The notes under the pieces were generated by a model. It made no database searches. It had not been told where the DNA came from and was given only the letters and a program-made list of their open reading frames with translations. A program made the position numbers and the translations under genes. Shown piece after piece: positions 60,864-64,000 of a stretch of 64,000 nt of DNA (positions within the stretch are counted from its first letter, which is position 1; the number at the start of each line of letters is the position of its first letter). Source of the stretch: Pseudomonadota bacterium (GTDB lineage Bacteria; Bdellovibrionota_G; JALEGL01; DATDPG01). The stretch is taken from NCBI GenBank assembly GCA_043809315.1, contig JAZDDX010000007.1:1-64000 (forward strand). The letters are read 5' to 3'.

Positions 60864-61325
60864 ATGCTTGAGAAGAACCTAACGAAGCATATCGAGACTT
60901 CCAGCGCCCTCTGGATTCCGTTCCGGCTCGAAGGGATCGAGTACCTCCCCCTTCGTACCGACGTGGACGAGCGAAGAGGAACGTTTCTGTTTCGGATGCC
61001 GGCCGGGACCACCTACCCGCGCCACCGCCACCCCGCGGGGGAGGAGATCCTGGTCCTCAAAGGGGAAATGATGGCAGGGGAACGGAGACTCAAAGCGGGG
61101 GATTTCCTTTATTCCCCCCCGGCCTCGGTTCATGAACTGATTACCAAAGAAGGGTGTGTCTTTCTCGAGATCCTTCCGGAGCCGATGCAGGTGCTGTCGA
61201 CGATGACGATCGATGAGATCGAATCGATTCCGGACATCGCGGAATCAGGAGGGGCGCCGGCAAGCGACGAGCCGTTCGATCCTTCCTTACGCGAGATCCC
61301 GACGGAGGAAGAACCAAAAGCGTAA
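60864..61325 (+). CDS. ChrR-like cupin domain protein
   Basis: YPRHRHPAGEEILVLKG, GDFLYSPPASVH. Confidence 0.8.
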   Translation: MLEKNLTKHIETSSALWIPFRLEGIEYLPLRTDVDERRGTFLFRMPAGTTYPRHRHPAGEEILVLKGEMMAGERRLKAGDFLYSPPASVHELITKEGCVFLEILPEPMQVLSTMTIDEIESIPDIAESGGAPASDEPFDPSLREIPTEEEPKA

Positions 61326-61327
61326 GT

Positions 61328-62287
61328 TCAGAGCGGAAGGGAGATCACCGTCGCCGGGATCGCCCGTGCGGCGGAGATGACCGTCAGTTCCGTGCCGGGC
61401 TCGAACACCGCCCGGGGAAGCATCGCGAGCGCGAGACGCGAACCGAGTTTCGGCGATTCGCAAAGGCTCGTGATTCTACCGACCTCCTCTGCCCCGGAAT
61501 GAACGGGACACCCGACCGCGGGCCCGTCCTCTCCACCCGGAATCGCCAACCCCATCATCCGCCGCGCGACGTTGTTCCCGCGCGCGCGGAGCCGGGCGAT
61601 CAGCTCCTGTCCCAAAAAGCATCCCTTCGTGTACGAAACGTACGCCTCGAGTGAAGGGATCTCGGGAAGGAGGTTCTCCTCGGCGAAATCGATCCCGTTG
61701 ATCGCCTCTCCCGCTTCGATCCGTAGAGCGTCGAACGCCTCCGGGCCGATCATTCGAATCTCGGCCGCCGAACATATTCCAGGGAAATTCACCCCGTGCT
61801 TAACGTAGATCTGAAACGTCAGATCTACCGGAGTCGCGAGAGCCAGCACGCACGCGGAACCCGTACCAACAGGAAATTCACCACAAGCACCGCTCCCCGG
61901 CGAAGCCGGGAAGAGTTCCCGGGCCGTGGGCCCCAAGAGCGTCCAGACCTCGAGATCCGGAAGACCGGAGATCGCAACATCATCGGCAATGACATGTTTT
62001 TCGAGGATCTCCCGAAGTTTCTCTTTCTCGGAACTCCCGGTTTCGATCCAGAAAAGATCCCCCCGATTCAGGATTCGGAGAACCGCGCGGATCCTCCCTT
62101 TGGCGTCGAGCAAACAAGCGGGGAGATGATGGCCGACGGGAAGTCTCTTGACGTCGTTGGTCAACATCGCCTGAAGAAAACGGGTCCGGTCGTTCCCGGC
62201 GACCGCGAGAAGCGCCCGATCGCGGCGCTCGAACAACGCCGCGCGCTCGGTCGCCCATCGATATTCGTCGTGAAAGCGGGATGACAT
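61328..62287 (-). CDS. ygfZ: Folate-binding protein YgfZ
   Basis: FLQAMLTND; KGCFLGQE signature. Confidence 0.9.
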   Translation of the reverse strand: MSSRFHDEYRWATERAALFERRDRALLAVAGNDRTRFLQAMLTNDVKRLPVGHHLPACLLDAKGRIRAVLRILNRGDLFWIETGSSEKEKLREILEKHVIADDVAISGLPDLEVWTLLGPTARELFPASPGSGACGEFPVGTGSACVLALATPVDLTFQIYVKHGVNFPGICSAAEIRMIGPEAFDALRIEAGEAINGIDFAEENLLPEIPSLEAYVSYTKGCFLGQELIARLRARGNNVARRMMGLAIPGGEDGPAVGCPVHSGAEEVGRITSLCESPKLGSRLALAMLPRAVFEPGTELTVISAARAIPATVISLPL

Positions 62288-62341
62288 GGGGAGCGGGTTT
62301 CTGTATATAGCACCCCCATTTCGGGGGCAATCGGCCCACAC

Positions 62342-62986
62342 ATGCGAACCCTGGATCTCATCATCTTCGACCTCGACGGCACGCTGGTCGATTCCCGTCT
62401 CGACCTGACCCACTCGGTCAACGCGGCTCTCCGAGATCTCGGTCTCCCGCTCAAGACACCGGAACAGATCATCGGAATGATCGGAAACGGCACGCGGGCT
62501 CTGGTGGAGCGCGCCGTCGGAGGGGAGCGACAACAGTTCGAGCGAGCCTTTTCGATCTTCACAAAAGATTACGGCGAACACCTCCTCGACCACACGAAGC
62601 TCTACCCGGGCGCGCGTGAAGCACTCGCACGCCTCGAGGGAAAGAAGTTGGCGGTGATGAGCAACAAGCGTCAGCGCTTCTGTGATGCGATCCTTCGCGG
62701 ACTCGACGTGGACCGACTCTTCGCGATGATCCAGGGCGGGGATGCGCCGCACGGAAAAAAACCGAACCCGGCGCCTCTTCTCGAGATCGCGCGTCGACTC
62801 GGTGTCCCGCCCGCGCGGGCATGCATGGTCGGGGACAGCCCCGTCGACGTCGCGGCGGGGAAGGCCGCAGGAATGCGGACCGTGGGCTTAACCGAAGGGT
62901 TCACGCCCGCCGGCCAGATGGCAACGACAGGGGCCGATCTCCTCCTTTCGACAATTGCCGGCCTATCTCAAGCCTCAATTCCATAA
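62342..62986 (+). CDS. gph: HAD hydrolase, phosphoglycolate phosphatase-like
   Basis: FDLDGTLVDS, SNK, KPNP, MVGDS.VD. Confidence 0.85.
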   Translation: MRTLDLIIFDLDGTLVDSRLDLTHSVNAALRDLGLPLKTPEQIIGMIGNGTRALVERAVGGERQQFERAFSIFTKDYGEHLLDHTKLYPGAREALARLEGKKLAVMSNKRQRFCDAILRGLDVDRLFAMIQGGDAPHGKKPNPAPLLEIARRLGVPPARACMVGDSPVDVAAGKAAGMRTVGLTEGFTPAGQMATTGADLLLSTIAGLSQASIP

Positions 62987-63515
62987 GATCTCCGGAAAAC
63001 CATATCTGAAGCTGTGTGGGGCATGATGTCGTCGAAATCCCATGAATTTATAAGGGCATAAGCAAGGTGCGGTTGGGTAACCATCTTGTTCCAAGGCTCC
63101 GGGCGGCAGTCGGCGGAGCAACCGACAAGGCCGGGAAGCGCCGCCCTCCGCGCCGCCCCCCCACGGCTTATGCATTTCTCGGCCCCAACAACGGCAAACA
63201 CCCGTCGAATCCACGACTTACGAAAATCGTCACGCGCCACCCTAGGCTCTACATATTGATTAAGCGTTCCTTAATGGACTAAATCGATTCTCTTTAGTTT
63301 CCTCTTGAATCTCGAAAAGAAGTGGCAATAACGTAGGGGCGAGCACGTTGCCATACACTACTGGCAACACTACCAAGACAGACCTTCGGGTTGTGCGCTT
63401 CGGTGTCTCGGACGACGGTTCCGCGGGTGGGATTTTCGTTTCGTGAATGTGGAACGGTGGGATGTAGAGGGGGAGCAGAATGGGCGTGGATGTAGTAAAG
63501 GGGAGCAACGGACAC

Positions 63516-64000
63516 ATGCAGCCGCACATCACCAAGAATCCGAGAACCCGCAAGGAAGCGCGCGGGACCGGCCTGACCTTCACACGCTATTTCACCCAGA
63601 GCGGCGTCCATCCGTTCGACGACATCGACTGGGAAACGCGCGAAGCGACGATCACCAACGAGAAGGGGGAGGTCGTTTTCTCGCAAAAAGGGATCGAGGT
63701 CCCGAGATTCTGGTCGGCGCTCGCCACGAACGTCGTCGTTTCGAAGTATTTCCGGGGACCGCTCGGGACGCCGCAACGGGAACGATCGGTCAAGCAGCTC
63801 ATCGGCCGCGTCGCGGACACGCTCGCCGAGTGGGGGCGCAAACAGAACTATTTCGCGACGGAAGAGGATGTCGTCGCGTTCCAGAACGAACTGACCCATC
63901 TCCTGGTCCACCAGAAGATGGCGTTCAACTCCCCCGTCTGGTTCAACGTCGGGATCGAAAGACAACCGCAGTGCTCGGCCTGCTTCATCAACTCGATCCA
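63516..64000 (+). CDS. nrdJ: Vitamin B12-dependent ribonucleotide reductase (5' part, runs off window)
   Basis: Hand translation MQPHITK...RYFT..GVHPFD.IDWE...WS.LATNVVVSKYF...FNSPVWFNVG...PQCSACFINSI; RBS AGGGGAG. Not in the ORF track. Confidence 0.93.
   Translation, partial: MQPHITKNPRTRKEARGTGLTFTRYFTQSGVHPFDDIDWETREATITNEKGEVVFSQKGIEVPRFWSALATNVVVSKYFRGPLGTPQRERSVKQLIGRVADTLAEWGRKQNYFATEEDVVAFQNELTHLLVHQKMAFNSPVWFNVGIERQPQCSACFINSI

Overview
This is a GC-rich (about 60%) bacterial chromosome segment; its gene content resembles Deltaproteobacteria/Bdellovibrionota/Myxococcota (an inference). The right third (about 38.4-64 kb) is ordinary housekeeping: serS, radA, lemA/htpX, ihfB, rho, tRNA-Pro, cvpA, degP, a sigma54 activator, cyclophilin, ygfZ, gph and the start of nrdJ. 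The left 38 kb is a minus-strand serS / tRNA-Ser(TGA) / tRNA-Ser(GGA) / tRNA-Arg(ACG) / tadA / tRNA-Ser(CGA) backbone expanded by at least six integrative elements stacked at the 3' ends of the three tRNA-Ser genes. Two elements carry related tyrosine integrases. Two others have no integrase but keep arm-type repeats at the same spacing and with the same sequence type as the integrase-bearing elements, which suggests satellite islands mobilised in trans. Cargo includes two unrelated AbiE toxin-antitoxin pairs and an arsenic-resistance operon led by a MerR-family regulator with a mer-type operator and altered cysteines, with no ArsR. It also includes a PilZ/GNAT-like protein plus 7TM hybrid kinase locus, in which a low-GC block spans the putative enzyme C-terminal module and the sensor input domain. 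All calls come from reading the sequence and translations by eye; no database searches were run.
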